DNA of 62,966 nucleotides, counting the filler, from Cercozoa sp. M6MM (lineage: Eukaryota > Protista > Endomyxa: Ascetosporea), in assembly GCA_040357565.1 (NCBI GenBank). It is 14 parts of 14 records of this genome, joined end to end, with 100 filler letters (N's around TTAATTAATTAA, not from the genome) between each part and the next. Parts side by side here need not be neighbours in the genome. Positions count along the whole stretch, not along the records: positions 11,440 to 12,919 come from JBDODJ010002015.1; positions 13,020 to 25,466 come from JBDODJ010000379.1; positions 25,567 to 28,047 come from JBDODJ010001757.1; positions 28,148 to 36,820 come from JBDODJ010000518.1; 10 more parts are not named here. One strand, given 5' to 3'. Position 1 is the stretch's first letter; every line of letters starts with the position of its first letter. The translations under genes were made by a program, and so were the position numbers. Of this stretch, positions 11,459-33,004 are shown piece by piece. The notes beneath the pieces are model-generated. The model did not search any database. It was not told the origin of the DNA and saw nothing but the letters and a program-made list of their open reading frames with translations.

Positions 11459-12677
11459 TTCGATGTGCCTGCGTTCCCTTGGATCACATCGATGTTTCCG
11501 ACTGACGACTCAGCCGAGGCGGCACACGAGGCCTTGGCGTCGCTCGAGCGTGTTCTTGCACTCCGTGCGCATGAGATCGCTGCGGTCATTGTGGAACCTA
11601 TCCAGGCCGAAGGGGGTGACCGACACGCATCGCCCGAGTTTTTTCGCGGTGCGTTTCCCCTTTCCCCTCCCCCTTGATTTCCTTAAACCCTACTTAGGTG
11701 TTCGCTCACTATCCGAGAAGTACGGAGTGCTCATGATTGTCGACGAAGTTCAAACTGGCGGTGGTGTCACTGGAACACTCTGGGCACATGAGCAGTAAGT
11801 TTATGCCCTCCCCTCCTTTCCCTTCCTTCCTCCGGAGGGTAAACACAAACCATATGTTTATGTTTGGATACATGAACAGGTGGGACCTCGAGACACCGCC
11901 CGACATGGTAACCTTCAGCAAGCGTCTGCAGCTGGCAGGTTTCTTCGCGCGCGAGGATCTCCGTGCTCCCCAACCGGTACAAAGGACAGTCTGCTCACCC
12001 ATATTGATTGAAAGATGAACCTAAATTTTACTGTCCTCATTGAATAACAGTACCGCAACTTCAACACGTGGCTCGGCTCGCCGATTGCGTTGCTTCAAGC
12101 CAATACGATTGTCGATACCATCAACAAGGACAAGCTACTCCAGAATGTCCAGCATGTGGGTAAGCTACTCCAGAATGTCCAGCGTGTGGGCTCTGCTAGC
12201 GAACTAATACTTGGATGGGCAGCACCCAAGCTGATGCGAGGCGTCAAAGAAGCCGCCGAAGCAAGTAACGGACAGATCACCAACGTGCGAAACCGCGGCT
12301 TTGTAAATTACCGCTTCTTTGAGTCATCTGAGATGGTGGATTGTGCTCAGTTTGGTGCCTTCGATCTCCCGAGTCCCGAGCAGCGCGACTACGTGCTGCA
12401 GCAGTTAGCGACACGGCGGGTGGCGTGCGGTGCCTGTGGCGACCGTTCTGTTCGGTACACCATCGATACACATCCGAATTGATGCAACTTCAGTTTCTGG
12501 GTGACGTTCGCTTTCTGGTGCAGCCTCCGTCCTGCGCTTGTTCTTGGCGAGAACGAAGCCGATGAGTTTGCCAATGCGCTGAAGGACGGGAACCCACCCC
12601 TTTCGGGCGGCCCAATTTTTGAGCCGAAAACCTTGATCCAAAAAATAGATTTTGTTTGGTCAGCACAACTAAGATAG
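11459..12677 (+). CDS. ABAT: 4-aminobutyrate aminotransferase (class III PLP-dependent), C-terminal half
   Basis: Motifs: IAAVIVEPIQAEGGDRHAS..FF; MIVDEVQTGGGVTG..WAHE; PPDMVTFSK (PLP lysine); YRNFNTWLG; CGDRSVRLRPAL. Confidence 0.93.
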
Positions 12678-13080
12678 CAGGTTTTATTTGTAGAGGCATT
12701 GTGCCTAAGTTACTGTGAGTTGCGGAGCGTTAAAATAAGCGCGATCGGCCTGGTGTGCGTTAAAATATCTTGATTCTTTATGAGTGGCAAGCCAGAAGCG
12801 ATCAAAACGCCTGAAGAGGCACTGGAGGCGCTGTATTCTGCGCGTGCGGCAACGCAATAATCGAAACTCAGCACCAAAACCCTGCTGACTGCGATACAGG
12901 TAAAATAACAAGTAACAACNNNNNNNNNNNNNNNNNNNNNNNNNNNNNNNNNNNNNNNNNNNNTTAATTAATTAANNNNNNNNNNNNNNNNNNNNNNNNN
13001 NNNNNNNNNNNNNNNNNNNTTGTAGGCACAGTGACACACAGACACACACACACAGACAGACGGACACACAAACAGGATAC

Positions 13081-24251
<11,171 letters not shown>

Positions 24252-24294
24252 TGTAAGTGACACGCGTGTGTGTAGTAGTGCACATTGTAGAAAA

Positions 24295-25417
24295 ATGGCG
24301 GCAGACGCCGGTGCGGCGTCGATCGAGCAGTGTACGTTTCTTGTTTGGAGTTCGGCCCAAGTCAGGTCTTTTTGTATTGTGTTCGTGCAGCCTGGATCTA
24401 TTCGAAAGTTCACGAGTTGCGTGAGCTCGACGGTAGCTTTCCTTGTCTCTGGAACTTGCGGGGAGCTTGTCTGGATCTGTTTGTATGTGTGCAGATGAGC
24501 TTTTCACATGCTCGGTGTACAAGCTCAAAGCCGTAAGTTGTGCCTCTCTCACACACAGACACACACACTCGTGTGTGTGTGTGTGTGTGTGTGTGTTGTG
24601 TGTGTGTTGTGTGTGTGTGTCGTCAAAAAGTGAGGAAGGAAGGAAGTAAGCTTGTTTGCCGCCTGTGCAGGACAAGGTGACAGGTGAGCGCGTGCTGGTG
24701 CTGACGTACAGTCGACTCTTCCTCGTGAAGCGCGAGGGCCGCGGCAAGCGCGAGCGCCGTCTCGTGCGCAACGAGGTGCGTTGGGGGAAGGGGGATAAAA
24801 TGAATAGGAAGGCAGAGTTGTACCTTCAACGTTCTTAGATCCATCTCGCTGATCTTACCGCAGTGCGCAACAAGCAAGGTATATATACACATACACATGT
24901 ATATATTTATATATTTATATGTATACATGTGTATGTGTGTATGTGTGTATGTACAGACGAGCATGACACGCGGTCGCACGAGGTGGTCCTGGAGGGTCGC
25001 AATCAGTATGAGCTGCAGATCATGGTGGATTCGGCGCAGGCCGACTGCCTGGTGGACCGTCTCTGGCGCCGCCTGCGGCACCTCACGGCGCAGTGGCCGC
25101 TGCTCGCCGACTCGGCGTCGCCGTACGTTTTTGCCCCCCCTCCGCCCCTCCCACCCATATGTTACCTTCTTACCCCTACCCCCTGTTGCCTCCCTTACCC
25201 CCTTCTACCCTTCAGTGAGACGCCAGGCGGTGGTTTTTGTTTTTTCGAGGACGCGCGCGACTTGGTGTCGCTGCACCGAGATGCGCACTGGGAGGAGGGT
25301 AGTCTGTTTTTGCTCCCTCCCCCTCTTTGCCCCCTATTCTCTTTGCCCCTTTACCCTCACACAACATACGTGTAGATATTGCTGAACGGACCGAGTGGGA
25401 CCACTTTCGTGTCTTGG
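24295..25417 (+). CDS. PH-like domain protein resembling the CARMIL/LRRC16 N-terminus, 3'-truncated
   Basis: Spliced ...CSVYKLKA DKVTGERVLVLTYSRLFLVKRE...NEIHLADLTAV resembles the CARMIL PH domain (recalled pattern, not searched). Confidence 0.5.
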
Positions 25418-25566
25418 TATATCCTTCACCCCTCCCCACTTTACCCCTTTACCCACCCCCCCCCCCNNNNNNNNNNNNNNNNNNNNNNNNNNNNNNNNNN
25501 NNNNNNNNNNTTAATTAATTAANNNNNNNNNNNNNNNNNNNNNNNNNNNNNNNNNNNNNNNNNNNN

Positions 25567-26408
25567 TCACACTCGCCGAGGTCAAGCGACTGGTGCGCAG
25601 CTGTGACACGAGCGAGCTGCGCGAGGCCGAGTTCGCCTTGGCGTGCGCACTACTCTGGGACATCTGCGGGCGAGCAGGCGCCATCTTTGGCGGCTCGCGG
25701 AAGCGCAAGATGCAGTTCAGAGACTTGACGCCTCACGGTGTGGACAAGTACCGGGTGAACATTCCCACTCCCAAAGCGAGGACCAAAGATGTGGCCGCCA
25801 TCCGATCGCGCCGCTCAGACGGTCTGGACGTGCCGAGCCTGCTCCAGCAGGTGTACACGATCCACAAGAAGGCCGGCACCTTCCACAACGACATGCCCAT
25901 TGTCTCGATGTCGTACATCGACATGCAGAGCGAGCTCAAGAAGCGATGCAAGAAGCTTGGCATCAAGGCACGGAACGGGCGGCGCATTGGCACGCACGGC
26001 TTCCGTCGCGGCAAGGCCACGCACCTGCACGCCTTGGGTGTGCGAGTGAGCGACATCATGCTGCTCGGCCGCTGGAGGTCCACGGCCTGTCTGCGCTACT
26101 TGGACCTGACATTGCAGGTGCGAGGCACGCGATCCTCAGTTCCGACTACTGAGCATCAGTCACTTACTAGCATCCAACCAGTCTGCCATAGGGCCACACG
26201 AAGCACAAGTATTATAGTGAACCGACGGAAGGAGCAACAGAACACTTGGCACACGTATCTCGGCATCGCGCCCATCACCGCCACGGCAGGCACAAGGCCT
26301 CGGGCACACTGGGTGGCCGCCAGGGAAGGGAACAGCCAGGCCTGGCGACCAACCCCGATCTGGGCCCGCCGCCTCGAAGAGATCAGTGGTGGGGCCCTTT
26401 CAGACTAG
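25567..26408 (+). mobile_element. Tyrosine recombinase catalytic domain of a DIRS/Ngaro/Crypton-type element (C-terminal half, starts at contig edge)
   Basis: Catalytic residues: R (ICGRAG), K (TPKART), HxxR (THGFRRGKAT), GRW and Y (GRWRSTACLRYL). The GRWxS..RY form is typical of eukaryotic YR elements. No introns in the domain. Confidence 0.9.
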
Positions 26409-26579
26409 CAAGGACTCCGCCAACGCCTGCACTCAACTACGGGAACGTTCTGCGAGTGGACTGTCCGACGCCAGGCCTGGTGTTACCCAATTGGCGTTGG
26501 CGACCTGCAACTGCCTGCCAGTGGCAGGACAGTTGGCTGTTACAGGCCCGCACGACCTTTCGGTGCGGTGGTGTGACCC
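26302..26579 (+). ncRNA. Putative structured RNA/ssDNA element downstream of the recombinase domain
   Basis: Complementary segments read by eye: 26328-26347/26469-26488, 26362-26372/26386-26397, 26418-26427/26493-26502, 26508-26520/26522-26535, 26548-26553/26563-26568, 26302-26309/26571-26579. Confidence 0.5.
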
Positions 26580-27040
26580 TCCAGTGATAACCTGAGTAAG
26601 AGATGATCAGCAAACCATAAGATACAGAAAATACAAAATTGAATATACAGATAGTATATTTCGATAAGCTAAGCTAAGCTTGTGTTGTGCACTTTTCGCG
26701 CTGTGCTCAGGGGTGAACTGAGCTCCCTGCTGTTGCTTGTTCCGCCGTGCGGTCTCGACGAGACTTGCACACAGGCGTTGTTGGGGTAATTACCGGCGGT
26801 GCGGGTTCGCGAAAAGTGTAAGGGCGCGCGAAGCGCGCGTGTGACATACCTGTGGCATCTCTTGAGTAGTGCTCCGGTGTTCACAGGTCTCTCAACACAA
26901 AGAAAAGTGAAGTGTGATTTTTGTTGTATGTTTTGTCACTCCGGCGCTCCTTCCGCATTTTTGCAAATTGCAATTGCAGATCTGATCGATCGGTTCTAGC
27001 TTTCTGTTTTGACTCAGAGATCGCTGATCGCGTCCAGGCC

Positions 27041-27185
27041 GAGTGATCGCTTTGCTTGATCACTGATTGGTTCCTGATCGCAGTGATCGCTTTGATTGAT
27101 CGCTGATTGGTTCCTGATCACAGTGATCGCTATGCTCGATCACTGATTGGTTCCTGATCGCGGTGGTCACTTTGATCGATCAGTG
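27041..27185. repeat. 40-bp tandem repeat x~3.5, each full unit containing CTGATTGG (CCAAT box)
   Basis: Units start at 27041, 27081, 27121 and 27161 (consensus cagtgatcgctttgcttgatcactgattggttcctgatcg). Confidence 0.9.
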
Positions 27186-27190
27186 ACCAT

Positions 27191-27248
27191 GACGGTTTGA
27201 GACGGTCTGCTGAACCGATCTACGGTTAGAGACGGTTGGAGACGGTTT
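27191..27248. repeat. GACGGTT motif repeated in 10-bp phase
   Basis: Copies at 27191, 27201, 27221, 27231 and 27241. Confidence 0.85.
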
Positions 27249-27382
27249 AATCGTTTTCAAGAATCACTTCGGGATCATTTGGGATTATTTTTGGTGATTT
27301 TGGTTTTGTTCTTTTGTTCTCGTACTCCCACTCTCTGTTTCGCTCGTCCGACCGCAGAATGTTGATTCTCACATTCCTACCA

Positions 27383-27724
27383 ACGGGTGCGCCTGTGTCT
27401 CGTCTCCCGGGCAGATTCTCTGTGCTCCGGCCAAGCAAGACCTCGTCGATGATCTCGCTGCGCTGCACTGGGATGGGATGCCTCGGTTGCGCAGGTCCGA
27501 GCATTCTTGATGGTGCCTGCCGACACGACCATGGTGCGGTCGGCGAGGAACTCTCCCGCGTCGTACTCGCGCACTTGTTCGAGTCTCACCTGGTTGTCTG
27601 TGCACCAGCCGTGGAATGCCTTGACCGATGTGGCGTAGGACTTGCGTGTGCTCGGCTTGACCCTCTCGAGTCTCACCGTGGCGAGGTACTTGCTCGTCGC
27701 TCTCGCTCGCCAGGAGTTCTCCAT
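27383..27724 (-). pseudogene. N-terminal (core-binding, SAM-like) half of a tyrosine recombinase; frameshifted and interrupted
   Basis: VKPSTRKSYATSVKAFHGWC...AGEFLAD...SAGTIKNAR is an integrase N-terminal pattern. After a frame change it reads PVQRSEIIDEVLLG...PGRRDTGAPV, then composition changes abruptly. Confidence 0.8.
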
Positions 27725-28147
27725 GCGGTAGTACGAAACGCAGCGGTCGACTGGAGCCGCTCCACTTGTCCTGCTCGTACATGGATGTATGTATGTGTGA
27801 GTGTCAGGACGTGCGTGATCTGCAAGGATGGGCGGTCCAGAAATTTCAAATAGTTAAAATCTCGTCTAAAAACCGAAACAGCTCCTTGGTTGCCTTTAGT
27901 TGCGTCTGTTGCAAAGTTCGATGAGTTGCGCAGCCTGCGCCAAAACTGATTGTTCTCAACCCTGCGGGGGCACATCGGCTCGTCTCGCAGCGGCATGCTT
28001 TTGTCGCGTGCACTTCGCACGGCTGCCGCCTTGTTCTCGGCGCGGCCNNNNNNNNNNNNNNNNNNNNNNNNNNNNNNNNNNNNNNNNNNNNTTAATTAAT
28101 TAANNNNNNNNNNNNNNNNNNNNNNNNNNNNNNNNNNNNNNNNNNNN

Positions 28148-28196
<49 letters not shown>

Positions 28197-28198
28197 AG

Positions 28199-28288
28199 AT
28201 GCTCGAGGGCCACAAGACCTCGGTGTTGACGCAGCTGCGGCGCAACCGTCTGCGTATGGTGCGCTCGCTGGCCGACTCGGCGCCGTAA
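28199..28288 (+). CDS. Terminal exon of an unidentified gene
   Basis: Follows a (TG)n...CAG acceptor and reads MLEGHKTSVLTQLRRNRLRMVRSLADSAP*. Confidence 0.5.
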   Translation: MLEGHKTSVLTQLRRNRLRMVRSLADSAP

Positions 28289-28651
28289 CTTGCACTGCTG
28301 CCGTGCTGACGTCCCATCTTGGTCGAGTTTTCCATCGGTTTCACTGCACGGCACTGGGTCAGCTGCCAGTGAGGCCGGTCTTTTCGCATCCATCGCGTCG
28401 TGTGTCTGTTCGCGATCGATTACTTCGCTTACCGTCCTGTACGTTCAGTTACCGTACTACAGCGTACGGTCAGTTTCCGTTCACGTCACGGTTGTAGCGT
28501 ACGGTCAGTTTCCGTTGTCGTGCGTTCAGTTCATCCGCCCGGCCAGCGCAGCGCGCCCGCCGTGCATTTCGCTACAGTAGTTTTACTGGAGTTGATCACC
28601 TTCGATCCGAGTCAACTACTAACTGGATACACTGATGGTGAAAAATCGGAG

Positions 28652-30015
28652 TTAGTGCATCAACTGCGCGAGAAGCAGAATCGAGACCGGCGGAACACCC
28701 TAAACAGGGGGCACATCAAGCAAGCGCGTTTGATATTGTTTTTGTACAGTACCATCAGTGTAGCCGAATTCGACGGCGGGTCAGGGCTTGGGCCGGCAGG
28801 CGAGGGTGAGGATCCAGGCGAAGATGAGCCAGCTGCAGAACCACCAGTGGAGGATTGTCCAGTCGGCGTGTGACGGTCAGTGTCGGCAGCTGCCGATACC
28901 GGTGGCGTCGGTGGCACTGCACGAACTGCTGGGCCAGGAGCAGACTGAGGCGTGTCGGGCACCTTGGCAGGTGCACCCTGCTGGGTCACTGGACCCGGGT
29001 CACTCGGGTTGGTGGCCTCTGTCTCAGTGATTGTCTCTGGTGTCGCCGTCTTTGGTGTTGCTGTCTTTGGTGCCGCTGTATTTGTTGTGGCTGTCTTTGG
29101 TGCCGCTGTCGTTGGTGAGGCAGCGGGAGAGTCGACCGACGCAGACGAAGGGTTCTTTGCCTTTCGCTGTGCCGCTTCTTGCTCAAACTTGAGTGCGTCT
29201 TGGGCCGTCTTGGGTAAGTCGACGCGAACTGCAACTGGTCTGGCAGGTTCCGGAGTCACATGCGTCGGTGTACTGTCCTGCTTCGCCGCCGACTGCTTGA
29301 CGGCTTGAGAGCGCCGAGCTGGAGTGGCGGCAGCGATCTTGGGAGCGTCTGCGGCGCGATACGCCTGTCCACGCGAAGTCGTCTACAAAGAAAACCACAC
29401 ATATTGACCTAGGGGATCAAAGTGAGGGTTGACCTTTTGTTCCTGATAGTCGTCTTGGTAGCCTTGGTAGTCGTCTTGGTAGCCTTGGTAGCCTTGGTAG
29501 CCTTGATAGCTTCGGTAGCTGGTCCACTTCGGTGCATGGTATCCTCCATACCCGGCACCATTTGCGTCCTCCTGGCTGCTTGTGAAAGGATGCTTTGGTA
29601 GGGAAACAATTAAAAACAACCCTACTATATATTTACCTGTCATAGCTCTGTTGGTAGTATAGATCGTGCGGGGTGCGTGCGCTCTGAATGTGAAATGCAA
29701 GTTGAACAGGTTTCCACAGGGTTGGGTGTTACGAATCTGTGCCGGTTTTGTTGATGGTGTTGCCCTCGACCTGCTCCTCCCAGGGCGCACAGTACTAGAT
29801 ATCACTAGCGAAAATGAAAGGGACTTGAGATAAATACCATGACGCCTCGCATTGTTGGAGTGCTTTTGATGACGGGAAGCTCTATGTCAGGTGGATGAGA
29901 AGTGATTTGGTGGAATAAAGGTCAAAGCAGGGTAAAGTAAAAAGTAAATTTCTCGATACTCTGCGTAGCCGCATGCAGCGGCACCAAGCAAGGCGAGTCC
30001 AAGCAACCACTTCAT
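28652..30015 (-). CDS. Secreted, probably GPI-anchored Pro/Thr/Ala-rich surface protein with YQG repeats
   Basis: Signal peptide MKWLLGLALLGAAACG; (YQG/YQDD)n; TAAPK/TATPK repeats; hydrophobic end SNSATLMGVPPVSILLLAQLMH*. Confidence 0.7.
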
Positions 30016-31285
30016 GCCTGATTTTTTTCTAAAAACAGTCTCGTATCAATCTCCAGGGGCGAGACAGTGTTTGAAGTGCCCCGACGTTTGCACACCTCTT
30101 GGATTCAACACCGGTACTTCTCAAGCTGGATGACTTTTCTGCAGCACGCTAGGTTCGTTGTTTTCAGCGGCGCATTCACCGAACACACAGCAATCCCAGG
30201 AGCCGAATCATGAAGTGAACGACATGCCTCGTGCACGTCACATGACTTTGAAGGCGATCTGCTGCCGGGAGGGTAATTTACCAAACCTAATTTATCCAAC
30301 TGTAATCTTTTTGGCATTCGACGGGCGGAGCAACAACGTAAGAACTCGAATATCGAAATACTAAGTTTATATGAATACTGGTATCGACGTCTCGAGGTTC
30401 TGAGGGTTGTACTGACTCGACCTACTGTCTGTTCAGTTTCTAGTTGTCGCGTAAACTCACACGTGCGGTATTTTTGGTCCTCTCGTATGAATTGATCGAA
30501 AAATACAATCATGCTTGAAGAATTGCTTGTTAACACAAAGTATCCGTTTAAGTGAAAGACACTGCAATTGCAGCGGAGTTTGACATAGCTTGAATTGCCG
30601 GGGTTCATTGTCATGCGAGATATTGCTTGCATTGCGGTGGCTTGGTCAGGTTGTTCTGTAAGTTTATGTTGCTTGTTGAGCGCGGTTTGGTGTGCTGTTT
30701 TATTTTCGGTAAAATAGTCGTTTAAGTTCAAACGCCAAAAACTAGCATGTGCCGTGCGGAAAAGTCACGTGTTTGCACGAAGTGTGCTCGGACTTGTGTG
30801 ACCCAGCTTCAGCGACCTGTTTGACTGTGATTCTACTGAGACCCATTCGGAGCTCGGCCAGTCACGTGTCTAAAGTCATCCAGTCATGTCAACTGACACC
30901 GGCAGCAACACGTGCACCCTTGCTTGTACCCTCAGCTTTGAAAGACAACGCGGTCGTTACAATTTTTAAACTGAGCAGGCGCACCGTCGACCGTGTTCCT
31001 CGAGTATGACGCCGATACACAGATCTACCGCGTGTCGGTATTGGTCGTTTCGATGACGCACGGTGGAGACGACAAAACAACCGACTCTTACATCTGCGTA
31101 TGCTTAGTTTAGTTTTGGTATTTTGTCAAATGTAGCTTAATTTATACTTGTACGGTTGGTGACAGCCTCGCGTCGAATTCGCGAGTAAGTTTCAAGAACA
31201 ACACGATCTGTTGCACACCATGGTAAGTTTCAAAGGACGACATGTTCTGTTGCACAACATGGTAAGTTCCTTGACGCAGCGATTC

Positions 31286-32906
31286 ATGCGTCTCCACGAC
31301 ACGCCATACCACGGCTGTCACGTGCGCTTCGATCGCTACATTCTTCGCGTTCCGGTAGACTGACCAGTCCTCTCCCGTAAAATCAACGCTTGACTAACAC
31401 GACTGTTCCCCTAGGTGGCGCATGCGCGCGCACAGGTGCACTACCAAGTCGCCGAGTACTTTTCCTCGAAAGAAGTAAAATAAGCTCTTGGCAGGTGAGC
31501 CGATGTAGTCTGTCGAAACCATCTGGGCAGGAAATGCAACTCAAGGACAAGTGGACCCGCGCGGCGCTCCTCGATGACGCTGCACGTGGCCTTGGCGAAG
31601 CTGTGCATATGCTCTCTTTATTTCTTTCTCCGTGTCTGTCTTCTGACAAGTATAAAAGACGTTGACATGCAAGCACAGGGTCTCTTCCACAATGGCGAAT
31701 TCAAGTCGATAGATAAAATGGTAAATGCACACAGTCGATTTTGCTTCTTGCTTCCTACTTTCATACTATATTTTTAGACTACGGTGGAGGAAGTCGGCAC
31801 ACCAATGGCATGGGCACTGGACACCATGACCGACGCAGCTGGTGCTGAAGGACAGCTGTGGCGCCGCATGACCTTTGCCCTGACGCTCCACGAGACGCCA
31901 GAGACGGCGCCCACCGTGATCTTCCACACGTGCAACGGACTGCAGAAACCCACCGACGTCAAGGATGTCGGCGGCGAGGCGCACAAGGAGGACATGTGGC
32001 GTAAACTCCTGGCCAGCGGTGGGGCACACGTGCAACTCGGCGGGGGCGACCAATTGTACAACGACTCCGTTCTTATGCGCGAGGGTACAGTGCCACAGTC
32101 TCTCTGGCTCGTCTTTGTCTGTCCTGAACGTCTGTGTTTATCCAGAAACCAAGCACTTGGACCAGTGGAAACCCGAGACTCACGGACGGCCAAGCACCAA
32201 GCTGGCACGACTCATTCTCGAATTGTACATGCATAACTACCTGCGACACTGGGCGGTAGAACAACCGAGATGCGAGCTTGTATAAAAAGTAAGTATAGCT
32301 TTCTTTCTATGTCAACTTGGCACAGATGCCGTTCTTTGGCGCTGCTGCCGCTCGCACGCCGGCGCTCTTTGCTTGGGATGGTACCACCACACGTTTGAAT
32401 ACGCGCATATATTTAAAGCATGCGATGACCCTGGTAGACCACGACATTGTGGACGGCTGGGGCAGCTACAACAATGGCTTTGAGACGTCTCCGCTGGGCA
32501 GACACATCTTCGCGTGTGGTACCTCCAGTATCAAAACAGAAATACCTCATGCCCATCCCATCAACTGTGTAGCGAGTGCCGGCTTTTGTCTGCTGCAGCA
32601 TCACGTGCCGCCTCCCGACTGGCCGCAACCTCAGCCGCTACCTGCCGGTAGGCCGCTCCAACTCGACACGTCAGTCAACAGTCAGCTGTTGGTAGAGTCA
32701 ACGTTGTGATGTGTGTAGAGCCCGAATCGGTCACTCCCAGCACGAGTACTGCTACCGAGAGTGGCCCAGAGATTGCCGAGGCCTCTCGCGAAAGCGGTTC
32801 GACCGGCAAGGACCTTCCCATGGTGGGTCAGAAACGCTTCCACGCGGACGATGTGGTCAAGCGATACTACATCTCTCGCCAGCCGGACAAAGTTGGCTAC
32901 AATAGG

Positions 32907-33004
<98 letters not shown>

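Noticed and set aside
26118-26600. Group II intron (GTGCG start), group I intron or RNase P RNA (TTCAGACTA)
   Set aside because: I found no domain V consensus, no P7 partner (TAGTC) and no GGAAnnTC CR-I motif in the required positions.
27041-27185. CRISPR-like array
   Set aside because: The units are contiguous tandem repeats with no unique spacers, there are no cas genes, and the context is eukaryotic.
30105-30731. 208-aa minus-strand ORF
   Set aside because: No recognisable motif and atypical composition; I could not build a consistent gene model on either strand.
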